Of a stretch of DNA of 64,000 bases, positions 32,170-45,100 are shown piece by piece; positions within the stretch are counted from its first letter, which is position 1, and each line of letters begins with the position of its first letter. Source of the DNA: Rhizaria sp. SCN 62-66 (Eukaryota); the NCBI GenBank assembly GCA_001724265.1, contig MEDY01000236.1:1-64000 (forward strand), in the 5' to 3' direction. The position numbers were made by a program, and so were the translations under genes. A model generated the notes under the pieces. That model made no database searches. It was not told where the DNA came from and worked only from the letters and a program-made list of their open reading frames with translations.

Positions 32170-33946
32170 ATGGGAAAGTCTTCTAAAAAGAAGAATGCTG
32201 ATGCACAGGCAAAAACCCTGCCAAATACCCCAGATAAGCCACCAAGCAAGTCCCCCAAACCCATCAAGTCTCCCACAACTCCGCACCACCACGCGCACTT
32301 CAAGTTCGATGCCTCATCCCAAACCAACGCGCCAGGCGCGGTTATCGTCATCAACAAGCCTGTACCAAGTCATCTTTCCGCTGCAGCTGCGCGCAGGAAG
32401 CGCCCCGCGCCCCCCTCGCCGCACCCTCTCGACGACACCCCTGGCCAGCGCACTGCGCCCGCCCCCGCCCCCGCCCCCACGCCCGCCCAGGGCTCTGCGA
32501 CTGCTCCTGCATCTGCGCCCGCCTCCGCCTCTGTGTCTGCGCACGCTTATGCTTCTCCGCCCGCGTACTTGCACACGTCGTCGCGTCCCGGGGGCGGCTT
32601 CGTTGCCTCACCACCCGCGTCAGCGGCGCACGGCAACACGGTCGCCGCGCCTCTAACAGCGCCTTTGACCCCGCACGCGACGCACGGTGCGGCGCCTGCA
32701 GCTGGTGTTGCCAGGTCGCCGGGTCCCGCAGTGGCGCTGCCGCTGCCGCTACGTGCGGCGCAGTCATTCTTCCCGCCCGCTGCGCCGGCGCTGCCTGCGA
32801 CCACGCTACCTGCGGCGGCGGGCGTGCACGGCAGCAGTGTTGGGTACTATGGCAGTAGCAGCGGCAACACTATTGGTAACAATGCTAGCTTGGGTTTTTC
32901 TGGAGCTATTGGCCCCATTAGCTATGCTAGCTCAATGTCTGCTTACAGTTACAACAACGCTTACGGTCACACTCCGCTGACCGCGTCTTCCTCATCGTCA
33001 TCGCTGTCGTCGCCATCAGTCCCGCTCGTCTCCGCATCGGCCCTCTCATCGTCGCTGTCATCGCCGCTGATCCTGAGCGCGATTAACCCCGCGACCAGCC
33101 CGGTTCCCGGCGTTAATTGCGGTCTGACTCATGGCGGTATGACTCTGAGCGAGCAGTCGTCGCGCGCGTACCACGCGTACCGCGCCCAGCGTCTCGAGAC
33201 GGAGCGCGCGTACCTGGCCGGCATGCTCGCTGTGCTGGCCCCGCTGCGCGCGCGGCTTGCGGCGCTGCGCGCGGCGCATGACCGGCAGCGGCACGCGCAC
33301 TTTGCGCTTGCCCGCCGCGCGCTCGAGCTGGAGCACCGCCGCGCCGCCTGCGCCGCGGGTTCGCGCGAGTGCGCAGAGGCCGAGGCGGCGCTGCAGCTTG
33401 CGCAGGCCGAGGCTGCGGCGCTGCTACGCGCGCTGGCCGCCGGCGACGACGTGCTGGCTGCGGCCGAGGGTGCGGTGGACGAGGCCGGCGCAGGGTCCCT
33501 CGCCGAGGCCGAGGCCGCGGTACGCAGCAGCGAGGCCGCGCTAGCGGCGGCGGCGGCGGCCGCGAACGGACTGCTGCAGCATCAATTGCCGAAACAGCAA
33601 CAGCAGCAACTGCCGCAGCTGCATCAGCAGCAGCTGCAGCAGCAACAGCAACAGGCGATGCCACTCACACAGCCGCAACTGCAACAACAGCAGCAGCCTA
33701 CGCAGCAGCACCAGCAACAACAAATGCAGTCACAATGGGTATCAAACCCAAACCACTTTCTGTCGTTGCCTCCACAGCTGCCACGACAGAGCCAGGCCCC
33801 GGGCAGTCAGGCCTAGGGCCAGCAGCAGGTCTCGGATGCTGAGATGCGCACCATAGTCGAGAAGCACCGGGTGAAGCAGGCAGAGATCCAGCAATACTAT
33901 CGCCAGTGGGACGAAAATGAAGCCGAGGCGCGCAAGAAGCTTCAGC

Positions 33947-34034
<88 letters not shown>

Positions 34035-36230
34035 CAACAGCAACAACAGCAGCCACAGAGTAAAGCTGCTGCAGTGAAGCCGGAGAATAATCCCATCAAG
34101 AGCAATCCTAACAATACGACTAATAACGGCTCAAAGAGCAACAGCAGTACCAGTAGCAACGCCGCTGTTGCAGCTTCGACGAAACCGACTAATAGCAATA
34201 CTCCTGCTTCCACAGTTGCCGCAGCAGCCATTGCCGCGGCCGGAGCTCCTGTCGCGAACGTGGCTTCATCACAGACACAGAATCCTCTCACTAAGGCTGA
34301 GCACAAGCTCACCAAACAGGAAGCGCACATCCAACGTGTCCTCGAGGCTGCAGCGCAAAAGAAAGAGCAAAACCGGCTGCGCACTCAAGAGCTTCAGAAA
34401 GCAGCAGCATTAAGGAAGGAGCTGCAGCAGCAGCAACTGAAGGAGGAACAAGAGCAAAAAAAGCTACAGGAGCATAAGAAAAAACAGCAACAGCAGCAGT
34501 CAAAAGCTGCGCAGCAGCAACAACAAGGGCCCGCCAAGAAGAGTGCTGCCGTGGTCGCAACGCAGGAGGTGAACAAGTTTGAGCAGCAGAATAAGAGTAA
34601 CCTCAGCGTTGGGATGAGGGCTGAGCAAGAGAAGCTCGCGGACAAGGAGAAGCGGAAGCCTGTCGAGCAAGAGCAAGTTGCGTGGATGCCGACGGGCAAC
34701 GAGAAGGCGGGGCAACAACAACAGCAGCACGAAAAAGAGCAGCGCGAGGCAGAGCTGCAGAAAACAAAGAGTAAGCAGGCTGAGCGTGAGAAGGCCGCTG
34801 TCGCCGCTACAAAGGCTGCGGAAGCTGCTGCCGCTGCCAAAATTTCGGCAGCTGTTAAGGCGAGGCTTGACGCGTAGATGTCATCGAAGCCCGAGATCTA
34901 GGAGATGATGGCCTTGGCAGATGCCAAGAAGGAGTTTGCGAAGAAGCAGGAGCACGAGCGCGGGCTCAGGCATCTCGAATACGATGCAAAAGAGAGGCAC
35001 GAGGCCGAGGCGAAGCAGGCTGAGCAGGTATTAAAGGTCAAGGAGAAGAAGATCCTTGAACAAGAACACAAACTCGCACTTGAAGCAAAAACCAAGCGTG
35101 GTCAAGAACAAAACTCAGTGCTGGCGCAGAAAAGTGACGTCATGAAGAAGTTGGAAGAAGAACAACTTGAACGTGAACAAAAGGTGAACAAAGTTACTGA
35201 GATGTTGACCAAGAAGCGTCAAGCTCTGGCTGCTGAGCGTGAACGCGAGGAGCATAAGCGTCTGCGCAAGGAAGAGCGTAAGCGCGAGAAAGCTGAGCGT
35301 GCTGCTGCACAGGAAAAGGAGACGACAGAGCAGGAGAGGCGACTTGAAGCTGAGAAAAAGAAGAAGCATGAAGAGAAGGAAAAAGAGCAGCGTAAGCGCG
35401 AAAAGGAGCAGCGCAAAGAGCATGAGCGCAAGACGCAGCACGAGCAGCAGGCATGCGACGAGGCAGCGAGGGCGCAGAAGAAGAAGAAGGAACAGGCGGA
35501 GACTGCAGAGGCGACGGCAGCTAAAATCAGGGAGAAGGCGAAGGCCGATGAGGAGGCCAAGAAAAAGGCCGACGCTAAGCTTGAGGCTAAGGCTACTGCT
35601 GCCGCCGCCGCCGCCGCTGCTGCTGCTGCTGCCGCAAAGGCGAAAGCTGACGCTACTGCGGCAAGGCCAGCGACAGAACTGCCGACACGCTCTCTGCGGT
35701 CAAACTCCACTGTTACCAACTCGACTTCAAGCTCTGGTACCAGCTACACCTCGAGCTCGAACTCCAGCTCCAGCTCCTGCGCGAGCGTCACCGCATCGGG
35801 CTCCCACCGCGGCGCCGCGGCCGGCACGAGCGCGGCTGCGCTCGACGCCGCGGCCCGCCAAGCCGCGCTCGTCAGCACAAAGACTTCGGTGAGCGCGTCT
35901 GTTGCGCAGAATAACAGTGCCCCCGACACTTCTAGGACTGTTGTCAAGAGGAACACTTACAACTTCACAACTGACGATAAAGACAGCAAGAAGAAGATTG
36001 TCTGGTCTGCGGCAGCTGTTGCTGAGGCTGCGGCCGCGGCCGCTGCTGCAGCCTCTGGTCCGACTATTTTGCCGAGCGGCGCTGCGTCTGCGTCCCCCGT
36101 GTCAGCGCGAGCGACTGTGAGCGGTGCAGTGGCGACCGAGCCTCCCCGTGAGTCGCGCCGGCCGGGGACTGTGACGTGCCCCGACTATGACTCTGATCTG
36201 GACTCTGGGCCTGAGAATGGTCCGCGCTGA
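32170..36230 (+). CDS. Large Q/E/K-rich coiled-coil protein with three in-frame TAGs and one frameshift in a CAA microsatellite
   Basis: ORFs 32170-33816, 33844-, 34074-34877 and 34905-36230 join via TAG 33814, a one-base-short CAA unit near 34033, TAG 34875 and TAG 34899; final TGA. Confidence 0.65.
33946..34032 (+). repeat. (CAA)29 microsatellite encoding polyglutamine
   Basis: Perfect CAA run read directly from the sequence. Confidence 0.95.
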
Positions 36231-36656
36231 CGCGACGCTTAGAAAGGCCAGCAGCAGGCGCACGCTGCTACGGGCGTGCACACGTATCCTTCAGGCTCCG
36301 TGAATTACTCAAGTTATGTCACAACAGGCGTGACTGCGTTTGTTGTATGACTTATGTTTAATCTAATTTATATAATCGAGATATCATTTCACAATAATGT
36401 TACCGACATCTTAAGAACTACCCACGCAATACACAGTATTTATTCGGATATAATCGAGTAAAAATTTATAGAATGTATTCAAACAGCGGGGCATGGCCTG
36501 ATCTTAACGCGCATATTTGAGATGTGAGATTTGAGGGGTGGATAGCTGCGCAAGAGACTTTACAGTGTTTAAATGAGACTATGCCATAATTGAGTAATGT
36601 GCTCCAAGCATGTAGATGTGGTTCACGTGTACCCACAGGTAGTTATGCGTATGTAC

Positions 36657-38598
36657 TCACGTGTTGCGCGCGTGCTCCTCTGCCTCACGCTGGCTGGAGC
36701 GGTCGTTGACATACCCGGCCATGCTGATAAGCGCAAGGATAGAAATGGCGACAAGTGCAAAAGGGACGACGATCTGCAGGAGAGTGATCATGCCCGTGCC
36801 TGCGCGCGAGTGAGTGATGCAACGGGAATACAAATAGAGTCAAGAGGAGTTCACGAGGTCGTGAGCAAATGATTTGAAAAGGCAATATCACAAAACACGA
36901 ATGATAAGATGCACTGACGTTGAGTTACGAAGAAAGCGACAAGTTCCAGTGACGTACCAGTGAGAACAATGAAGAAGAAAATGATGCCCTTGATTGCCTC
37001 AATTGGGCCACTACTGAAGAAACCGGGTTGCATCGGCTCTAAACGCGCAAATACAAATATAAATAGAAAGTCAGTTGAGAAAAACAAGAAAAATTAGCAA
37101 ATAATTGAAATATTCGAATTCATTTGAGTTATCACACACGACGATTCAGCTCCAAAGCCCTCTTGAGCACAACGTACCTCCGATGAGCACAGCGGGCCCA
37201 GCGTCGGCCAGCGCGACGAGCTGCGCGTCGAACGCGGCCTGGTCAAACGGGGCGGCGACGGCGTCGCTGGTGGCAGAGTCACGGTCGCTGCTGCCCTCAG
37301 TCGCGCCGTCCTTGGCGTTGGCGTTGGCCTTGGCGTCGGTCTTACTCTCGGCAGAGGCAGACTTGTCAGACGGGGCGCGAATCGCGCTATTGCAAAGAAA
37401 AACAAAAAAAGGAAAAAAAAGAAGCACAGTTAGCCAAGAGTGTAAAAATCGTGCATATCCCGGAGTATTGCATCAATCACAGTTGACTGACTGCGTAATG
37501 AGCGACGTACGCGGTCGCGACGTTTTGCGCCTGCGTGATGAGGAGGTCCACGGCGGGCGCGTACACGTGCTCGTTGGCGTCGTAGAGCGCGTACTCGCGG
37601 ATGTACCACGGCACGCGGAAGATGAAGTCGAAGTAGCCAATGATGTTGCCCCACAAAAACTAAACGCACACAAGGGGACAGAATGAGTAGAATGTGAGCG
37701 ATAACACCGCGAGGAGTACCAAGCGACAAACAAAGCGCGACATAGCAATGTAGCAAAACTTCATCGAGTCTGCACAGTGATCGCATCAACACTCGCGACG
37801 TACGTAAGAGACAAAGTAGTCGACGATGACCTTGCCGATGAACGACACGATATCCGTGTCCCTGTCGTTGGCGAGCGCGTAGATGGCGTCGAACATCATG
37901 CCCGTCTTCCACGCGCTCACGCTAGACTCGCGCGCCGCCTCCAGCCGCTCCGCGTGCACGGCGCGCATTTCGGCCAGTGCGGACGGCGAGAAGAGCGAGG
38001 TGAGCGCGCGGCGCTGTGTGTGCGCGCTCTCCAGGTCGCGGGCGGCCACGGCGAGGGCGTTCTCGCGCTCCGAGGCCACGGCGCGCGCCGAGTCGATGCG
38101 CGCCTGCACCTCGGGCGGGTTGCGGCGCACAAGATTGCTGCGGATAAAGCAACGTAAAACAAAACGCAAGATGAAGAAAGTTGGTGACAGTTATGAGCGA
38201 GGTGTTTTTGATGTTTGGCTGATAATGAACGAGAGAGAGCAAGACTTATATGATACGTACCTGTGGCTCTGCGCCTCTTGATACTCGGCCTGCGCCTCGA
38301 CAAACGCGTCCTCGGCGTCGACCTTGCGGCGGCGCACGGCGTCGAGCGCGGTGGGCTGGTTGAGGTCTCCCAGCAGCGCCAGCCGCCTGTCGGCCGAGGT
38401 TACCAACGGGCGCGTGAGCGAGCCGTGGGGGCCCTTGACCAGCGCGCTTGCGGCGTCGAACTCGTCCGAGACAAAGAACTCGGGCCACGAGACGAAGACC
38501 ATGCTCATGATGACAAACGTGAGGATGACCCACGTGCGTGTGGAGCAGCGGAGGATGCTGCTGAAGCGCAGGTTGAACCCCAGCGGCTCATCGTCCAT
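36657..38598 (-). CDS. Multi-exon hypothetical membrane protein (3' exon structure uncertain)
   Basis: Successive coding-like exons separated by GTACGT...AG introns: MDDEPLG...TWVILTFVIMSMVF; NLVRRNPPEV...; FLWGNIIGYFDFIFRVPWYI; ...IVVPFALVAISILAL. Confidence 0.6.
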
Positions 38599-39003
38599 GA
38601 AGGCTAGCTATACTTCACATTGAGAGTAAGAGATACAGAGTTTTAATTAGAATGGCTAAATTAAGTACACGCATTGAATTCGGTATGCGCTTCTTGTTAG
38701 AGTTGACGATCAGAATCTCGAGATATCTCGTTTGAAAAACAAGCCATCACAAGCTTTGCGATCTTGCTGACTACTGGTGACAAGCGACCAATGATCCACG
38801 TGAGCAATGTACAAACGTCAGGATATGAGAAGCAAGAAAAACACGAGTTCAGTTTGCGCAGAGACCAAGGCCAGATATTACTTTATTTTAACACAACATG
38901 ACCCTATTGAGCACTCTATATAACATTACCGTCGCATATCGCACATAACGCAGCAACAGTTTGTGATACGATTCGTGACTACTAAGGCAGCAGCACGCGC
39001 AGC

Positions 39004-40318
39004 TCACCTGTGGCCGCCGCGCTTGTTGCTGTAGTAGAGCAGCGCCATGATCTGCTCCATCTCCTCCTTCTTCTTCTGCGCGGCCTTCTTCTCGGCCCTG
39101 GCGGCGGACAGCGGCGCGGCGGCCGCCAGCACCTCGTCCAGCTTCCCCTCGCGCTCCAGCGCCCGCAGCAGCTCGACCGCGAACGGGACGTAGTTGTGCC
39201 CGCGTCGCGCGTTGCGCTCCCGCGCGCGCTCGCGGTCGCCCCGCAGCGCCGCGGCCTCGCGCTCCGCCGCCGCGGCCGCGGACGCGTTCCCGCGCGCGCG
39301 CGCCGCCGCAGCCGCAGCCTCGGCCGCGGACAGGGCACTCTTGTCGATCGTCAGCAGCGAGTACTCGAGCTCGGAGGCCTGCGAGAAGCGGGCGATGCGT
39401 GCTGTAATGGCCTCGGCCGCCACCGTGCGCCACTCGCTGCTCGGATCCGTGTCGTCCTCGGCGTTGCACTCAGAAGCAGTCGCAGTCGCATTGATGGTCA
39501 TGTTGTTGGTGTTGTTGTTGTTGTTGCCGGCCGCGTCGTCGATCATAGGCGCCCCGGCCTCCTGGCTGCCCGCATCGGCGCTCACAGCGCCGACCCAGCC
39601 GGGCACTTTACCGACGGCGATGGGTCCCTGCTTGAGCCCGTCGAGCTCCCACACGGTGCCGCCCACCGGCACGTAGGCGACGTAGTGGTACGCGCGCCCT
39701 GGCCCGCCGCCGCGGCCGCCGCGCGTGCTCAGCGCGTCCGGCGGCTCAAACGCGTTGTGCGCGGCGCGGAGCAGCGCGCTCTCGCCGATGGCTTCGCCGC
39801 GGATGTCGGCGGGCAGGTCCAGAGCGAAGGCGCGGAACTCGGTCAGCGCGGGGCCCAAATCAGCGGCGCGGGGGCGGTTGAGCAGCACGGAGAGCACGGC
39901 CTGGCTCGCGCAGGCGTTGGTGACGGTCTGATGCGCGAAGAAGAGTCCCGGAACGGCGGCGGGGTCGGTCACGGGGCGCGGGTCGGCCTGGCGGGACCAC
40001 TGGAAGAGAAACACCATACCCAGGCAGGGCTGCTCGGGGGGCAGCGACAGAGAGGACAGGTCGAAGACCTCGTTGACGTCGACGCCGGAGACGCCCATTC
40101 GCTCGATGAGCTCAGTGAACACACCTACAAGTGTGAATATGTGCAATATGTGGCGGTCAGTGTGATCGTGTTGCGTTTCAATGCGGACATGCGAGATACA
40201 GAAAGAAGCATTCAATGAAGCTGTAGTGAAAGCGAACTCACGGAAGAGTACAGAACATGAAGAAGAACGTACTGGGCTCGTTTTCGATCGTAAACCACTC
40301 GTCTGAGGAGTCGGACAT
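39004..40318 (-). CDS. UCHL5: Ubiquitin C-terminal hydrolase UCH37/UCHL5 (peptidase C12); one intron at about 40126-40272
   Basis: WFTIENEP|SVFTELI; catalytic QTVTNACASQA, YHYVAY, ELDGLKQGP; C-terminal ENARRGHNYVPF-type motif. Confidence 0.92.
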
Positions 40319-40834
40319 ACGAATCTGAGTTGTGGGGAGTGGTGTGGACAAGGAACACAGCGAGGGACATGTCGTAGGTGAGGGTGAGGCGACTTTGAGT
40401 GACGAACGGCAACAACGAGTGTAGGTGAAGAATAGCGCCACAGCACGGTAGACACACGGATCACTTAATGCAAATAGAGTATAATAAATATATTGTTGCA
40501 TAATAGTACATAGTACCGCGACAGTTGCTACTACGGTTGTTTCGTGAAGCGCATAACAGTTGATTTCGAGTGTTGTTGAGGCGCCTCCACGACCCACCGC
40601 GCAAAAGCGATCGTGGTGGTATTCCATAGATGCATCATTACGCCACAGACAGATCATTCAACGCATGTTGCAAAGAAATAAGATGTATTTCATTTTATTG
40701 AATAATATATATTTGTCACACAAAGCCAAGCCTACATATTCACGAGATATCCACCTTCTTGTTACTGCCACGCGCTCTTCATACCATCGTATCTCCTTTG
40801 CTTTCACCCGACTCGCCCCCTGGCTCCTCAACAG

Positions 40835-41839
40835 ATGCGTCCTTCGACTGTGACCCGTGTCGCGCTCACCGCGCCTATTGTCCGTCTGTTCAGCAGCAGC
40901 GCGGCCTCTGCGGCCGCGGCCCCGTTCCGCCCGCGCCGCTCGTTCCTCTACATCCCCGGCTCCTCCGCCAAGATGCTCGCCAAGCCCGTAGCGTCGTACG
41001 GCGCCGACACCGTGTGCCTGGACCTCGAGGACGGCGTCGCTGCGAACCAGAAGTCCGAGGCGCGCGCGCTCATCTCGCAGCACCTGCAGTCGCAGTCGGC
41101 GCCGGCGAGCGTGGAGCGCATGGTGCGCATCAACCCGATGTCGACGCGCCAGGGCGTCGAGGACCTCGAGTTCGTGCTGGCTCAGCCCGTGCTGCCGGAC
41201 GGCATCTGCATCCCCAAGCTCGACACGCCCGCCGAGCTCACCGAGGCCGCAGAGATGATTGCCGCCGCCGAGGCGCGCGTGTCGGCCGCCACGGGCAAGT
41301 TCGTCCCCCGCCTGCCTATTATCGGGCTCATCGAGTCCCCGCTGTCGCTGATGAACCTGCGCGACATCACCACCACGCGCGGCTCCGACCGCCTCGCGGG
41401 CGTCATCTTCGGCGGCGACGACTACGGCTCCGCCGTGGGCGCCACGCGCACTGCGAGCAACCACGAGCTGGCCTTCGCGCGCGGCTGGACGCTCACTGTT
41501 GCTAAGGCGGCCGGCATCCAGGCCATCGACATCGTCCACAAGACGTTCAAGGACCAGGACGGGCTCCGCGCCGAGTGCCAGGAGGCGGCCGAGATGGGCT
41601 ACACGGGCAAGCAGCTTATCCACCCGCTGCAGGTCGCCACCACGAACGAGCTCTTCGCGCCCTCGCCTGCGCTGCTGCGCTGGGCCAAGAAGGTCGTCGA
41701 CGCTGCTGCGCACCACCAGTCGCTCGGCACAGGCGCCTTCGCGCTCGACGGCGTCATGATCGACATGCCCACCGTCAAGCTTGCCGCGGGCCTCTACGCG
41801 CGCGGCATCGCCTGCGGCGTCACTCCGGCTGCAGAGTAA
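40835..41839 (+). CDS. CLYBL: Citrate lyase beta-like protein (CitE/citramalyl-CoA lyase family), probably mitochondrial
   Basis: PRRSFLYIPG, CLDLEDGV, MVRIN, IES, FGGDDY, GYTGKQLIHPLQV, GVMIDMP; presequence-like N-terminus; TAA stop. Confidence 0.93.
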   Translation: MRPSTVTRVALTAPIVRLFSSSAASAAAAPFRPRRSFLYIPGSSAKMLAKPVASYGADTVCLDLEDGVAANQKSEARALISQHLQSQSAPASVERMVRINPMSTRQGVEDLEFVLAQPVLPDGICIPKLDTPAELTEAAEMIAAAEARVSAATGKFVPRLPIIGLIESPLSLMNLRDITTTRGSDRLAGVIFGGDDYGSAVGATRTASNHELAFARGWTLTVAKAAGIQAIDIVHKTFKDQDGLRAECQEAAEMGYTGKQLIHPLQVATTNELFAPSPALLRWAKKVVDAAAHHQSLGTGAFALDGVMIDMPTVKLAAGLYARGIACGVTPAAE

Positions 41840-42116
41840 ACAAGGCAAGGAGACGAGTAACAGAGTCGAATTTCGGCGAAGGAACACTGCTTTGTTGAGA
41901 GATAGGCGCACATGATATACAATAGAATAGAACGCAAATACATTAATTATTCATTATTTTAAGTGAAGTTGTTTGATTTATGATATTAGTTGAACATTAA
42001 TGTGTTGTATTCCTTCTTTATATAACAATACAATCAAATCACACTCATTGATTCAGTTCTATGGCCCAAACACACATGTTCTACGTCGCCGTTACGCTAC
42101 CGGCGCGGCGTTAGGC

Positions 42117-45100
42117 TCAGTCCCTGTGGGCCTGCTGCTCAACCAGCGCGGCAACCTGCTCCGACATCTCGGCCACGACATGCTCGTAGTTGCCCAGCGC
42201 CGTCGCCATCTCGCGCTCCAGGTCCGCCTTCGCGCCCGCCAGCTGGTCGCGCTCGCGCGCAGCGCCCGCCGCGGTGTGGGCAGCGGCCACGAGCGCCACG
42301 GCCATGCGCTGCGCCGAGAGCGCCGCCGCGCTGGCGCCAGCTTCCGCGTGCATGACCTGCGCCAGCAGCCCCGCGGACTCGCCGCGCTGGGCGCGCCCCG
42401 CCGCGGCCGTGAGCGCGCGGCGGAACGCGGCGCCGGCGCTGCGGGCCGCGGCCTCGGCGGCGGCCACGGGGTCGCGCTCGACGGCCTCGGCCTCGGCGGC
42501 GCTAGCGTGCGCGAGAGCCTGCGCCGCGTGCGAGTGCGCGTGTGCGTGCGAGTGGGCAGCAATGCGGGGCTTGAGGGTGAAAGAGAGCGAGTACTTGGAC
42601 CGCGTGCGCGGCACAGCAGTCGTCGCGACAGCGGCCGCAGCAGCGGCAGCGGCGCCGGCGAGCTTGGTGCTGCTGCCGGCAGTGCTGTTGCTGTTGTTCA
42701 CAGCGGCGGCGGAGGCAGCGAGTTCGGCTAGCATGTCCTTGACCTCGCTCTCGACATCGCCAACAGCAGCAACGACAGTGCCAGAGCTACTATTCGCGCT
42801 GAGCCTGAGCGCGCGCTCGGCCCGCGCGGCCCGCTCCGCCAGCGCCGCGACCTGGCCCTGCGCCACCATGCGCGCGCGCGCCGCGTCCGCCGCGGCGGCC
42901 TCTGCCCGCTGCGCCCGCGCCTCGGCCGCCGCGGCGTGCGCCTCGGCCGCGTCTGCCCGCGCGCGCTGCGTCCCGGCCTCGGCCTCGACCGCGGCGCGCG
43001 CCGAGTCGCCGCCGGCGGCCGCGGCGCGCGCGTCTGCCCCCGCGACCTCGGCGGCGGCGAGCTGCGCCTGCAGCCGGGTGACTTCACTCGCCAGCGCCTC
43101 GACCGCGGCGGCTAGCGCGGCGTTGGCGTTGGCGCCGCGGACCAGCGCGGCCCCGCGCAGCGCCGCCACCGCGGCGGGGTCCGCGCCCGCGGGCACGCCC
43201 GCCACCGCCACAGTCGAGGCCGCACTCGCAGTCGCGGTCGCGGCCGCTGATCCAGTATGCGCGCTCGTGCTGGCACTGGCACCGGCAGCAGAAGCAGACG
43301 TAGTGGCTGCAGCGGCGGCGGCGGCGGCGGCGGCGGGGAGAGCGCGCAGCGCCCCCAGGAAGCCCGTGGTCTGCGTGTACAGCGCGGCGCGGTCGGCGGC
43401 CGCCGCGGCGCTGGCGGCGACGGGCGCGGGCAGAGCGCGCGCGTTGGGCGCGGACGCGTCGGGAGCAGAGGCGTCGGGCGTGAAGGCCGAGAGGAAGGCG
43501 GCCAGGTCGCTGCGCACGCTCCACCCGCGCGTGGCGGGCGCGGCGGCGCAGTCCACCATCACGGCCCCCGAGGCGGCGCGCGCGGCGCCCGCGTCGGCCT
43601 CGGCGTCGGCAACAGCGTCGTCCGCCGCCGCGGTCGCCGCCGCACACTCGCGCTCGCTGCCCGGGAGCGCGGCAGTCGACGCGTGCGATGCGAGCGACAG
43701 GCCGTCCGCGGCGGCGGCGTCAGCGCGCGCGCCGTCGGCCCTCGCGGCGACGACAGCAGAGCTCGAAGCAGCAGACGTAGCGGCAGTGCCTCTAGTCAGC
43801 GCCGCCACCGCGGCCGCAGTGTCCGCCGCGGTCACCGGGGGCCCCGCGTCGGCGGCGGCGTCCACGGCGGCCACGGCCTCGGTCGCCGTCGCCACCAGCG
43901 CGCCCGCCGCGGTGGCCACGGCGGCGGCGGCGGCGGCGAGGTTGCCCAGCGCCGTACCGACCGCGGCGTTGGCGCGGCGCAGCTCCTGCGGCGCGAGCAA
44001 GACTGAGCGCTCCACGGTCGCCATCGCGGCCCAGCGCGCGGTGACCGTGGCCAGCGCCGCCGCCACAGACTGGCACTGCACCGGCGCGCCCGCGAAGGGC
44101 AGCTGCGCCAGCGCCGCGGCCGCGGCGGTCGAGACGGGCGCGGCGGACCCCGCGGCGGCGGCGGCAGCAGCAGTCGCAGTCGAGTTGGCCCCGGCTGCGC
44201 CGCCGCTGCCAGCGCTGGACGCCGACGTCGCTGCCGCACTGGCGGCAGTGGTGAGCGCGCAGGCGAGCGCGAGGTCAAGGCAGGCGGCGGCGCGGGGTCC
44301 CGGCGTCCAAAGGTGCGGCACATGCACGCCCGCTACGCCCGCCCATAGCGGGCGCGCGCTCGCCGCGCCCGTCTTGCTGCTGCTGCTCCTCGCGGCGTCT
44401 CGCTGGGCGTTGGCGACTGTGAGCGCGCGCGTGGTGTCGACGGCGGCGGCGGCGCGCGAGAAGAGCGCGGCGGCCTCTTCGAGCGCAAGGCACAGGTGCG
44501 TCTTGTGTCCGCGCCACACGGCCTGGCGCTCGGCACCCGTGACCGCGAGCCCGGGGTTGTAGAGCACGGCGTCGGCGGCGCAGACCGTGTGCACACACTC
44601 GGCCGCGGCCGCCAGCGCCGACAGCGCGCCCGACGCCAGGCACAGCAACACCTGCGCGGGGGCTGGCGTGCGCGAGGCAGGCTGACCGCTGCCGCTGCCG
44701 CTGATGCTAGCCGCGGTGCCATCGTTGTGCTCGACATCGCCATCATCGTCGTCGTCGTCGTTCAGGGTGAGGTGAGGGAAGAGATCAGTATCGGACGCGG
44801 GGTCGCCCGTCGCAGCCGTCACGGCGGCGCGCGCGGCACACATCAGCGCCTCGCTCTCGTTCTCAGTCTCCGGAGCGCCCGCGCCCGCGCCCGCGCCACC
44901 AGCTCCGGCCACAGTGATTTGCTTCGAGTTGTTGTTGTTGTTGTTGTTCCCGGCAGAGCGCAGCCACGCGAGCGCGCCGGCAAGCGCGCTAGTGCGGCGC
45001 ACTGCCCGCGCAACGACGCTGTCAAGCAGCGACCCGGCGGCGTCGGGCGACAGCGAGAGCGCGGCGGCCGAGGCGCCGCCCGAGTTGGCAGCCGCGGAAA

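Noticed and set aside
34021-34077. Frameshift and TGA after the (CAA)29 run as programmed frameshifting
   Set aside because: A single missing base at the end of a perfect microsatellite (CAA CA CAA) restores QQQPQSKAAAVKPENN; slippage or an assembly error is the simpler explanation.
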